DNA of 16,651 nucleotides from Sulfurimonadaceae bacterium (GCA_041562555.1 JBFEXS010000043.1:1-16651); one strand, 5' to 3'. Shown: positions 8,151 through 16,133, counted from the stretch's first letter. Notes: a model not told the origin generated them from the letters alone. Translations and numbers: made by a program.

Positions 8151-9082
8151 TGCTTCATCCCTTCATAGAGTGAAGAAATGCACTTGACAAAAGCGGGATG
8201 ATCATTGGGTGCTTTGGCCACTTTATAGGTATCAAACCCAAGCTGCATAGCAAGCTCTTTATACTCAATATCCAATTCAAATTCTGTCTCGGAGTTATCC
8301 ATCGTGAAGGAAAGAGGATAGATAATGACCTTTTTCTTTTTCAGGCTTGCCAATTTGTCTTCCAGGTAAGGACGGATCCATTCCAAGGGTCCTACTCTGG
8401 ATTGATAGGCCAGGTGGGTCTTATGAAAATAAATACCTGCAGTTACAAGTGCTTTTCTGGCATAGAAAAGGTTGTACTTTATATGACGTTGATAACTGTC
8501 TCCCTTATCAATGAGACGTTGGGTCAGACCATGGGCAGAGAACACAAGCTCATATTCGCCGGGGTCCTCATCTAAAAGCTGTTCCTTGATCCGTTCAACG
8601 ATGGCCTGAATGTAATCAGGATGCTTGTAGTAATGTTCCAGTGTCTTTACGTCAGCAGTGATATTGTGCTGTTTGATACCTTGTTTGAGCTCTTCGAGAC
8701 TTGAGAGTGTTGTTGTTGATGAATAATGCGGATAAAGGGGAATAGCATAGATCTCATCTACGTGTTTTAGCTTCTCTAACACATCGTTAGCAAAAGGCGG
8801 GGTATAGCGCATCACCATATGTACCGTTGCGTCAACCTGTGACTCAAGGGCTTTGATAAACTGCTTGGTATAACCGATAATAGGCGATTTTCCACCGATA
8901 CGGGCATAGTTGTTCCTAGCCTCGTCTTTGCGCTTGAAAGTGATTAGTTTAGAGATGATGGTACGAATCGGTTGAGGGGCACCTATGATGTGTTTGTCAT
9001 TAAACATATTGCTCAGAAACACTTCGACTTCGTCTAGGTTCCTAGGTCCACCCATATTCATAAGCAAGATCGCACGTTTCAT
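8147..9082 (-). CDS. hemH: Ferrochelatase
   Basis: LLMNMGGP, FLSNMFND, Y..IGGKSP, MRYTPP, PLYPHYSSTT, FSAHGL, AYQSRVGPLEWIRP, DNSETEFELDIEY. Confidence 0.97.
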   Translation of the reverse strand: MKRAILLMNMGGPRNLDEVEVFLSNMFNDKHIIGAPQPIRTIISKLITFKRKDEARNNYARIGGKSPIIGYTKQFIKALESQVDATVHMVMRYTPPFANDVLEKLKHVDEIYAIPLYPHYSSTTTLSSLEELKQGIKQHNITADVKTLEHYYKHPDYIQAIVERIKEQLLDEDPGEYELVFSAHGLTQRLIDKGDSYQRHIKYNLFYARKALVTAGIYFHKTHLAYQSRVGPLEWIRPYLEDKLASLKKKKVIIYPLSFTMDNSETEFELDIEYKELAMQLGFDTYKVAKAPNDHPAFVKCISSLYEGMKQ

Positions 9083-9108
9083 ATCTACCTCCCTGTACTA
9101 TATCTATA

Positions 9109-9157
9109 ATGGTAATACAGGGATCATATCTTTGGTAGGTGAAAAATGTCGATTAAT
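9109..9157 (-). promoter_or_regulatory. Conserved motif copy 1 plus -10 (TACCAT) upstream of the hemH-desaturase-HK-RR operon
   Basis: + strand TTTGGTAG(9131-9138)-gtgaaaaa-TGTCGATTAAT(9147-9157); -10 at 9109-9114, 16 nt from the motif. Confidence 0.7.
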
Positions 9158-9163
9158 TGGCTT

Positions 9164-9982
9164 TTATCCCATAAGATCCTCTAAGGCTTTATCGATCCTT
9201 TCAAACTCAAAATGAAACCCTGCTTCTTGCAGCGCCTTGGGATAGACCTCTTTAGAATCGGTCAATACAGAAGCTGCCTCTGCATATATAAGCCGTAGAG
9301 CGAAGAGGGGAACCGGTAAAAGTGTCGGACGTTTCAGTGCCTTTCCCAGTGCTTTTGTAAAGGTTTTGTTTGTCACAGGATGAGGTGCCGTCGCATTATA
9401 GATACCTTTCAGGCGATTTTCGATGATAAAAGTGTAGATGTTTGCAAGGTCTTTGATGTGAATCCAGCTTGTCATCATCGAACCATCTCCTATTGTACCG
9501 CCTAGTCCCAATCTGAAAGGGAGAAGCATCTGTGCCAAAGCCCCACCGTTTTTCCCCAGGACAATCCCAAAGCGTAAGATGGCGGTTGGCTTGTTGCATT
9601 TCAGTGCTTCGCGTTCCCAGGCCATTGTCAGCGATCCTAAAAAATCATCGGCTGTTTGAGTGGATGATTCATCACAGGCAATGTTGTTTGGATAGATACC
9701 GATAGCCGAGGTTGAAATAAAATGTTGGACATCACTTTGGTCAATGGCTTGTACAAGTTTCTTTGTCGTTTCTATGCGACTGTTGATCAAGGTGTTTTTA
9801 TAGGTGTCGTTCCAACGTTTGATAATGGGGGCACCCGCAAGATTAATGACAATTTCGACATCTTTAAGCTTGTCCAGAAGTGCAGGTATATCGTCGTGTC
9901 GGTCAAGGATGACATGGTCTTGAAACCTTTGCTGTAACGCTGTTCCGACAAAACCATGTGCACCGGTAAAAGCTACTTTCAT
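9164..9982 (-). CDS. TIGR01777 (YfcH-like) NAD-dependent epimerase/oxidoreductase
   Basis: Start moved to ATG 9982 (AAAGGAGAG RBS); TGAHGFVG, VINLAGAPI, SRIETT, SAIGIY, WEREA, LRFGIVLG..GGAL, FRLGLGG.IGDG, SWIHIKD. Confidence 0.93.
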   Translation of the reverse strand: MKVAFTGAHGFVGTALQQRFQDHVILDRHDDIPALLDKLKDVEIVINLAGAPIIKRWNDTYKNTLINSRIETTKKLVQAIDQSDVQHFISTSAIGIYPNNIACDESSTQTADDFLGSLTMAWEREALKCNKPTAILRFGIVLGKNGGALAQMLLPFRLGLGGTIGDGSMMTSWIHIKDLANIYTFIIENRLKGIYNATAPHPVTNKTFTKALGKALKRPTLLPVPLFALRLIYAEAASVLTDSKEVYPKALQEAGFHFEFERIDKALEDLMG

Positions 9983-10028
9983 GAAGTCTCTCCTTTGAGT
10001 TGCAGGTGACATTTGTGAAATCGATGAC

Positions 10029-10059
10029 ATCTGTTTATTGTAACGTAATTTAAACAGAT
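10029..10059 (-). promoter_or_regulatory. Inverted repeat ATCTGTTTA-N13-TAAACAGAT overlapping a TACAAT -10 upstream of TIGR01777
   Basis: 9-bp perfect arms 10029-10037 and 10051-10059; minus-strand TACAAT at 10037-10042. Could instead be a terminator/stabilising hairpin after the 31-aa ORF. Confidence 0.45.
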
Positions 10060-10084
10060 CTCGAATCGTATACGTCTATGCTCT

Positions 10085-10180
10085 CTAGCCCTTGTCCCAC
10101 ACATACAAAAGCAGCAGCAGTGCCAGGCCAAAAGGCAGGACAAGCAGTTTCACCTGAAGTTCATCAATGAAACGGTTCAT
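10085..10180 (-). CDS. Unannotated 31-aa single-pass membrane peptide
   Basis: MNRFIDELQVKLLVLPFGLALLLLLYVWDKG*; strong RBS AGAAGGAGGGAG just upstream; preceded by conserved motif copy 2. Confidence 0.7.
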   Translation of the reverse strand: MNRFIDELQVKLLVLPFGLALLLLLYVWDKG

Positions 10181-10202
10181 ATCTCCCTCCTTCTATCTAT
10201 AT

Positions 10203-10251
10203 AGTCTATAGAAGATAGGAGCTTTTTGGTAGCGTATTTATGTCGATTGAT
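10203..10251 (-). promoter_or_regulatory. Conserved motif copy 2 plus -10 (TAGACT) upstream of the 31-aa peptide
   Basis: + strand TTTGGTAG(10225-10232)-cgtattta-TGTCGATTGAT(10241-10251); -10 at 10203-10208, 16 nt from the motif. Confidence 0.7.
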
Positions 10252-10262
10252 AGATATTTGAA

Positions 10263-10793
10263 TCAGTTGTTAGGACTTAGCTGCTTTTCAATGCGTATAG
10301 GCTCAGCTTTGAGTGTGTCATAATAACCTTTTCCCAGGAACAGGGTCGGTCTTATACGCTTTTGTTCCTTGTTCAAAATAAGGTTGACATCTACAATAAA
10401 AAGGTCATGGTCTCCGTAATTAAGTCTATCTGTGAGGGTACACTCATAAATAAGGTACGCCTCTTCAATAAGATCACTTTTTATGGTGAGGGCATTTTTC
10501 TTATGAAGCCCGCTTAGTTTGAATTTATCGGTATATTGGCCATGTACTTCACCGCATAACTGGTAGGCTTTGTGATAAGAGATATCCAAAAAGTTCAGGG
10601 CACACTCTTTATACTTATTCAGGAGTTCATGGGTATGGTTTTCGCTTCGCAGGGCAAATGCATATCGGAAAGGCTCTTTTGATATTGGCATGTGCCAAGC
10701 TAATGGCATGATATTGCTGCCACATGTCAGCAGGGCAGCAACACGGGGTTGAGGATGGGATTTTTCATTTAGGTTTGGTGTTGTGTTAAACAT
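10263..10793 (-). CDS. Flavin reductase-like (DIM6/NTAB) FMN-binding protein
   Basis: Start moved to ATG 10793 (GGAG RBS, overlaps SRPBCC stop); NIMPLAW, ECALNF, DKF..SGL, IYEC, GDHDLFI motifs. Confidence 0.88.
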   Translation of the reverse strand: MFNTTPNLNEKSHPQPRVAALLTCGSNIMPLAWHMPISKEPFRYAFALRSENHTHELLNKYKECALNFLDISYHKAYQLCGEVHGQYTDKFKLSGLHKKNALTIKSDLIEEAYLIYECTLTDRLNYGDHDLFIVDVNLILNKEQKRIRPTLFLGKGYYDTLKAEPIRIEKQLSPNN

Positions 10794-11253
10794 TTTGTTT
10801 CTCCAATATGGTTTTAGTATGCTGATGTCTGTAAGTGAACATCTTTCGCATCTCATGTTTTATAAAGGGTAGGACAAGATGACTGAATGGATACATGGGA
10901 AGAGAAAACTCCAGTTCATCACAGAGCAGGCTTGTCGTATCGTTCAGGGCTTCGAATCTGTGATAATGGATAAATGAGGCAAAGGGACTTTGCATGGCTT
11001 TATCACAGACAAGTTGATGAGGTGTGAGTTTTGCTATTTTCATTCTCCAAGGCTGTGAGAATTTAAAACGGGTGATATCAAGGCTTATCTCACTTCCTTC
11101 ATATAGAGGTGGTGTGAATGAAGTGATTTTGACCTTTAAGTATGGTGGGGTGATCTTAGGCAGATTGTTTGTATCTATATGGAAATCATAGAGTGATGCA
11201 GTATCACATTCAATCTGTGTGCAAAACTTCATGCGTATTGTTTTTTGAAACAT
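10786..11253 (-). CDS. SRPBCC/START-fold (polyketide cyclase-like) ligand-binding protein
   Basis: DFH....NLPKITPP, W...I, D.....PF..F.H.HRF, D.LEF.LP, MF.YRH motifs of the SRPBCC family often linked to TIGR01777. Confidence 0.88.
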   Translation of the reverse strand: MFQKTIRMKFCTQIECDTASLYDFHIDTNNLPKITPPYLKVKITSFTPPLYEGSEISLDITRFKFSQPWRMKIAKLTPHQLVCDKAMQSPFASFIHYHRFEALNDTTSLLCDELEFSLPMYPFSHLVLPFIKHEMRKMFTYRHQHTKTILEKQNV

Positions 11254-11763
11254 TTAATCTCCCTGAGGGGTCCAGATAAGGGGACCTGTCGCATATCCAA
11301 AAGCAGGGAGCTTTGTTAAAATGGTATCAAGTACCTCGTGGCTGAGTTTTGGGGTACGCGATAGGATCCATAAATATTCTCTACTAGGCTCACCGACAAC
11401 AGCATAGCTATAGTCTGTGTCAAGCATAAGAATCCAGTAGTCCCCATAAAACGGTCTGAAAAAACTGACCTTTAGTTTACTGTTGTCTTCATCAACCGGG
11501 TAGGCAACACCGATTGCTTCTGTGAGCGTGCCGTCTTCTTTCATACATCGGTTAAGTACTTTGATATCACCGTCTTCTTTCATGGAGTATGTGGCGGACA
11601 CATCGCGACAACCTTTTTCAAATACATGTTCATATCTGGCTATCTCATACCATGTGCCGAGATACTTTTGAAGCTCTACATTGTCGACGGTGTTGAGGTT
11701 AGGATAGGATTTGCTGCATCCTCCCGATAACAGTAATAATAAGATGAGTAACAAACGTAACAT
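11254..11763 (-). CDS. blc: Outer-membrane lipoprotein lipocalin (Blc family)
   Basis: Lipoprotein signal ending GGC; YLGTWYEIAR, SKLKVSFFRPFYGDYWI, YLWILSRTP. Confidence 0.93.
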   Translation of the reverse strand: MLRLLLILLLLLSGGCSKSYPNLNTVDNVELQKYLGTWYEIARYEHVFEKGCRDVSATYSMKEDGDIKVLNRCMKEDGTLTEAIGVAYPVDEDNSKLKVSFFRPFYGDYWILMLDTDYSYAVVGEPSREYLWILSRTPKLSHEVLDTILTKLPAFGYATGPLIWTPQGD

Positions 11764-11781
11764 TAATGATCCTTTTGGATT

Positions 11782-11830
11782 ATGATGACGTAATAGCCGA
11801 TTGTTTGGTAGGCTCTATTTGTCACTTCAT
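11782..11830 (-). promoter_or_regulatory. Conserved motif copy 3 upstream of blc-SRPBCC-flavin reductase
   Basis: + strand TTTGGTAG(11804-11811)-gctctatt-TGTCACTTCAT(11820-11830); weaker -10 CATCAT at 11782-11787, same 16-nt spacing. Confidence 0.65.
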
Positions 11831-11855
11831 TAAAAAACGTGTCGCAAATGGTAAT

Positions 11856-13802
11856 TTAGAGGTACTGTGCCAATACCTGTTTTAAAGCCTTACTTTCAAT
11901 GGGTTTGGAAAGGTGTGCATTCATTCCCATTTGCATGTACGATTCAATGTCTTCTTTCATCACATTCGCCGTTAAGGCAATGATAGGGATGCTGTTGTTG
12001 GGATACGAGGACTTTCGGATCAGTTGTGTTGCTTCAATGCCGTTTGTATGCGGCATGTTGATGTCCATCAGGATCAGGTCATAGTCGGGGAAGGTTTTAA
12101 AGGCATCGAATGCTTCCTGACCATTTTCTACAAGTGTATAGGTAAGGTTCAAGTCCTCAAGGAGAAGAGAGATAAGAAGTTGGTTGGTCTTGTTGTCTTC
12201 GGCGACAAGAACATGTCCGTGCAGTTCGATGATGGATTCATCCTCATTTTCCTTTTGTATGACACCTGCCTCCGGTGCATGTATTGAAAAAGAGAAGGTA
12301 CTGCCTTGTCCGAGAGCACTCTTCAGATGGATTTCTCCTCCCAAAAGTTCAATGAGTTTTTTGGATATGCTGAGTCCTAAGCCTGTCCCGCCATAGTTTC
12401 TTGTTGTAGATATCTCAGCCTGCTCAAAGGGATTGAAAATACGTTTCTGGGCTTCTTCCGATATGCCGATTCCCTGATCTTTTACAGCCATATGCAAGAG
12501 TTTACCCTGTCTATGCAGGCTAATGGATATTGTTGAATTTTCCGGAGAGAACTTGATGGCATTGGAGATAAGATTGGAGAGTATCTGTTTAAGACGTAAG
12601 GGATCAGTATGAACATAATCTGAAAGTCCATCGGGATAATCAAAGTGTAAGGCAATGTTCTTGGAATCTGTGATCGATGTGAAAAAGGTTATTAGTTGGT
12701 GAAGATGGAGCCTCAGGTCAAAATCGATAGACTCTGTTTTCATACTACCATCTTCGATTTTGCTAAGATCAAGAATGTCGTTGATCACTACAAGGAGAGA
12801 TTTTGAAGCGTTCTCGATTATATCGAGGTACTCTCTTTTTTTCTTATCTGTTTCACCTTTTTGTAAAAGTTCAATAAACCCCATGATGCCGTTTAGAGGT
12901 GTGCGTATCTCATGACTCATATTGGCCAAAAACAGACTTTTTGAACGATTGGCATTCTCAGCTCTTTCCTTCTCTTGTATGAGACTCTGTTCTATCAGTT
13001 TAAGCTCAGTGATGTCCTGTACCGTTCCCTGACTCAGTACGGCCTTTCCTGTTTCGGAATAGAGGGTTTCCCCCCGTTCGATGACATACTTGATACGTCC
13101 GTCTTTCATTAAAAGGCGGTGTTCAATATTATAGGCAGTCCTGTTCTCCAAAGAGGTGTTGAAAGCCGCATTCACCTTTTCAACATCGTCGGGGTGGATG
13201 CTGTTTAAAAATCCTTCGTAAGAGGGTTGAAAAGTATGTGGATCTATCTCAAAAATGGTATATATCTGATCCGACCATAGCAAGGTGTTGCTCCTAAGAT
13301 CAAGCGACCAGCTTCCGATATTGGCAATTCGTTGTGCTTCATTGAGTCTGTTTTTACTGGTACTTAAATCCTCTGCAATACGTTTGCTTTCGGAGATATC
13401 TTTTGCGACACCGATGTAACCGGTCACTTTGCCTGTATTGTCCTTAAGGGCCGTAACCGAAAGAAGTACAGGTATGTGTCTGCCGTTTTTTGCGACGTAT
13501 GTCCATTCGTGCTCATTGGGTAACCCCAAGTCTGTTTTGGCGACGAAGACTTTAAACCCTGGTTGGATCTCTTGAGCCAACTCATCTGAAAATTCTCGGG
13601 CTCTTTTTATGACTTCGGATTCGATATGAAAAACTGCAGGTGTCAATCGCTCGATCAACTCTTGTGCTGTGTAGCCCAATAGATTTTCGGCAGCTTTATT
13701 GAACTTTGTGATGACCCCTTCGGTGTTGGTGGCAATGAGAAGGTGATCGACATTGTCGAATATGGCATTGGTGAGTACTTCGGTGTTGGTTCCCATATAC
13801 AC
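11856..13802 (-). CDS. Cytoplasmic hybrid sensor histidine kinase (PAS-PAS-HisKA-HATPase-REC)
   Basis: PAS (FNKAAENLLGY, EWTYVAKNG), second PAS (IGSW..WSDQIY..IHPDD), FLANMSHEIRTPLNG, NLISNAIKF, YGGTGLGL, REC AEDN/ILMDINMP; no TM. Start may be ATG 13796. Confidence 0.95.
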   Translation of the reverse strand: MYMGTNTEVLTNAIFDNVDHLLIATNTEGVITKFNKAAENLLGYTAQELIERLTPAVFHIESEVIKRAREFSDELAQEIQPGFKVFVAKTDLGLPNEHEWTYVAKNGRHIPVLLSVTALKDNTGKVTGYIGVAKDISESKRIAEDLSTSKNRLNEAQRIANIGSWSLDLRSNTLLWSDQIYTIFEIDPHTFQPSYEGFLNSIHPDDVEKVNAAFNTSLENRTAYNIEHRLLMKDGRIKYVIERGETLYSETGKAVLSQGTVQDITELKLIEQSLIQEKERAENANRSKSLFLANMSHEIRTPLNGIMGFIELLQKGETDKKKREYLDIIENASKSLLVVINDILDLSKIEDGSMKTESIDFDLRLHLHQLITFFTSITDSKNIALHFDYPDGLSDYVHTDPLRLKQILSNLISNAIKFSPENSTISISLHRQGKLLHMAVKDQGIGISEEAQKRIFNPFEQAEISTTRNYGGTGLGLSISKKLIELLGGEIHLKSALGQGSTFSFSIHAPEAGVIQKENEDESIIELHGHVLVAEDNKTNQLLISLLLEDLNLTYTLVENGQEAFDAFKTFPDYDLILMDINMPHTNGIEATQLIRKSSYPNNSIPIIALTANVMKEDIESYMQMGMNAHLSKPIESKALKQVLAQYL

Positions 13803-13902
13803 AAACCTTTTTTGGCTCTTTCTGCATTAAGCTTACATGTAAACAACTTGTATATAACTAAAAACCAAATATTACAATTAATAATACCAAAGAGTGATGC
13901 AT

Positions 13903-14781
13903 CTAAAAGAGCCAGACAATTTTGGCATTCAGACCTATAGACGGCTCGATCGAATAGGATGAATGCTCTTTGCCAAGGGAATCGAAGATCGTAAAGTCAC
14001 GTCTAATACTGTAGAGTATATTGGCTTCGCATTTGAGATGCTGGTTGAACCTGTAGGTAGCGCCTATGTTGCCCATATAGTCTTTGGCCTCGATGAAACC
14101 GGAGTTTTCGATTGTACTCTCGTTACTGAGTTTAATAACGGATTGGGAATAGATGATACCAAGTTTAAAAAGTGTTGACTCATTGGCATGATAGGCAATA
14201 TAGGTTCGTGGAAACCCTAGAATAACTTGAAGTCCGTCATTTTGGCGTGCCCGATAACTATAGCTAATGACAGGCAAAGCAAGTGTGGATACCTTGTGAT
14301 AGTTAGCGAATGCACCCAGTTGGATAGTATGGTCATCATCGATTTTGTATGAAGCAAATGAAAACAGACCAGCCCCATAGGAATCTTTGGTGTTCTTCTC
14401 AAAGGCGGAACGTATCGAAGCAGATGTTAAAAGGAACCATTTCTTATTGATGAAAAAAGGCAGGTTGGCATTGAGCTTAAAGGCATGCATCTGTGTGATG
14501 GGGCTGCTTTGTTGATCTCCAAAGGGAAGAGCATGCAGATCATCCCATGAAAATGCCCAGTGTGTATAGCTTAGGCCGATTATCTCATTATTAACGCGTA
14601 AACGGTTTTTATGGACTTCGACACTTCCCTCACTCCCTTTGATGTCTGCATCTGCCAAATAGGAAGATTCAAACGTGACTTTTGGCTGAATGATCCTTTC
14701 AAGTAGACCCTTTTGAAGCTGTTCTTTGGACCAGGATGGCAAACAGAGTAGTGAGAGTAAAAGAACCGGTCTTAGCATCAT
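13903..14781 (-). CDS. Outer-membrane beta-barrel protein (DUF6268-like)
   Basis: Signal peptide, alternating amphipathic strands, LPVISYSY and LGFPRT motifs, C-terminal Phe (IVWLF); start overlaps the photolyase stop. Confidence 0.65.
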   Translation of the reverse strand: MMLRPVLLLSLLCLPSWSKEQLQKGLLERIIQPKVTFESSYLADADIKGSEGSVEVHKNRLRVNNEIIGLSYTHWAFSWDDLHALPFGDQQSSPITQMHAFKLNANLPFFINKKWFLLTSASIRSAFEKNTKDSYGAGLFSFASYKIDDDHTIQLGAFANYHKVSTLALPVISYSYRARQNDGLQVILGFPRTYIAYHANESTLFKLGIIYSQSVIKLSNESTIENSGFIEAKDYMGNIGATYRFNQHLKCEANILYSIRRDFTIFDSLGKEHSSYSIEPSIGLNAKIVWLF

Positions 14782-16133
14782 GACAAGGTCTCTTTGAAAT
14801 ATTGCAACGCCTTTTGTGAAGCTTCTTTATGACGGATAAGGGGCTGCGGATAATCGCTGAGGTGATAGCTAAACAGCTTCTGTTCATCATGTAAAAGCAT
14901 GGGGTCTATATCCCTTAGCGCCGGAATCCAATGTTTGATGTAACTTGCTTCTTTATCAAACTTCTTGGCTTGTAGGTAAGGGTTGAAAATACGAAAGTAG
15001 GGTTGAGGGTCGATACCTGTTCCTGCACTCCATTGCCAGGATAGCGTGTTTGAAGCGGTATCATAGTCGAGCAGGTGGCGCGCAAAGAACTTCTCACCCC
15101 ATTGCCAGGGGAGCATGAGGTCTTTTGTGAAAAATGATGCGCAGATCATACGGACCCTGTTGTGCATATATCCCGTTTTCACTAGCTGGTTGATACCGGC
15201 ATCAATGATCGGCACGCCCGTCTTCGCTGTGCAGAATGCATTGAAGGTACTCTCATTGGCTACGCCTTTAAAGCGATATTTGTAGTTCTCATGCTCGATA
15301 CGCGGAAAATGGTAGAGAAGATAAGCATAAAAATCCCGAAATACCAATTGTCTGAAAAACGGTTCGGTATCAATACCCGATTCTCTTTTCCGTGCCAAGA
15401 AACGCAATACCTCTCGGATTGAAATGGTGCCAAAACGCAGATGAACCCCCAGCCCAGAGGTTCCTTCAAGTATAGGGAACTCTCTGTTCTTTTGGTATTG
15501 AGAGAGATTCAAATGCTCAAGCAGTGTTTGTGGTTCCCCGATCTGGATATCAACGGATGTAAAGCCCAAAGAACCGAGGGCTATGGGAAAACTGTTTTCT
15601 TGGGTATCGTCTACCTTGAATATCCGGGTGTAGTCGGTATCAAAACGTGTCTGTTGTGCTGAAAGAGATGTTTTTAGGTGCTCTTTGCCAAAGAGTGATT
15701 TTGCTTTGTTGTAAAAGGGAGTAAACATGAGATATGGGGTGCGATCATTTTTCATGACTCCATCTGGTTCAAAAATATAGGTATCATGCATGTAATTGAA
15801 GGGAAGTATATGTGAGACCTCTCGGTCCCTTTGCCGTGCATAACTGTCATAGTCACCGCTGGCGGCAACTTCGTCAAAACCGAGTGTTGCCAGTTGTTTA
15901 AACACCTTGATCGGATCTGCCAGGTATAACTTTAGATCAAGCCCTTTTGACTGTAGAGCTTTTTTCAGTCGGATGACCTGTGCAAAGATGAAAGAGATCC
16001 GTCTGTCATCTGCATCTAGCTTTTGAAGGATATTCGTGTCGAAGATAAAGATAGGCAGCACCTCACCCTCAAGGGATAGTAGGGGATTGTCATCTGTGCG
16101 CAGATCACGTCTGAACCAAAGGATGCGCTTCAT
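14778..16133 (-). CDS. phrB: Deoxyribodipyrimidine (CPD) photolyase
   Basis: WFRRDLRTDDN, PY.MFTPF, TSGLGVHLRFGTISIR, TGVPIIDAG, GYMHNRVRM, DYD.ASN..SWQW, YFRIFNP..Q.KKFD; Asn opposite flavin N5 retained. Confidence 0.95.
   Translation of the reverse strand: MKRILWFRRDLRTDDNPLLSLEGEVLPIFIFDTNILQKLDADDRRISFIFAQVIRLKKALQSKGLDLKLYLADPIKVFKQLATLGFDEVAASGDYDSYARQRDREVSHILPFNYMHDTYIFEPDGVMKNDRTPYLMFTPFYNKAKSLFGKEHLKTSLSAQQTRFDTDYTRIFKVDDTQENSFPIALGSLGFTSVDIQIGEPQTLLEHLNLSQYQKNREFPILEGTSGLGVHLRFGTISIREVLRFLARKRESGIDTEPFFRQLVFRDFYAYLLYHFPRIEHENYKYRFKGVANESTFNAFCTAKTGVPIIDAGINQLVKTGYMHNRVRMICASFFTKDLMLPWQWGEKFFARHLLDYDTASNTLSWQWSAGTGIDPQPYFRIFNPYLQAKKFDKEASYIKHWIPALRDIDPMLLHDEQKLFSYHLSDYPQPLIRHKEASQKALQYFKETLS

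Noticed and set aside
9983..10030. N-terminal extensions given by the ORF track for TIGR01777 (also 10794-10856 and 3198-3311)
   Set aside because: Downstream starts have clear RBSs and match family or signal-peptide N-termini; extensions overlap promoters or neighbouring genes.
11856..13802. LOV or phytochrome photoreceptor kinase
   Set aside because: No LOV cysteine motif and no recognisable GAF/PHY domains.
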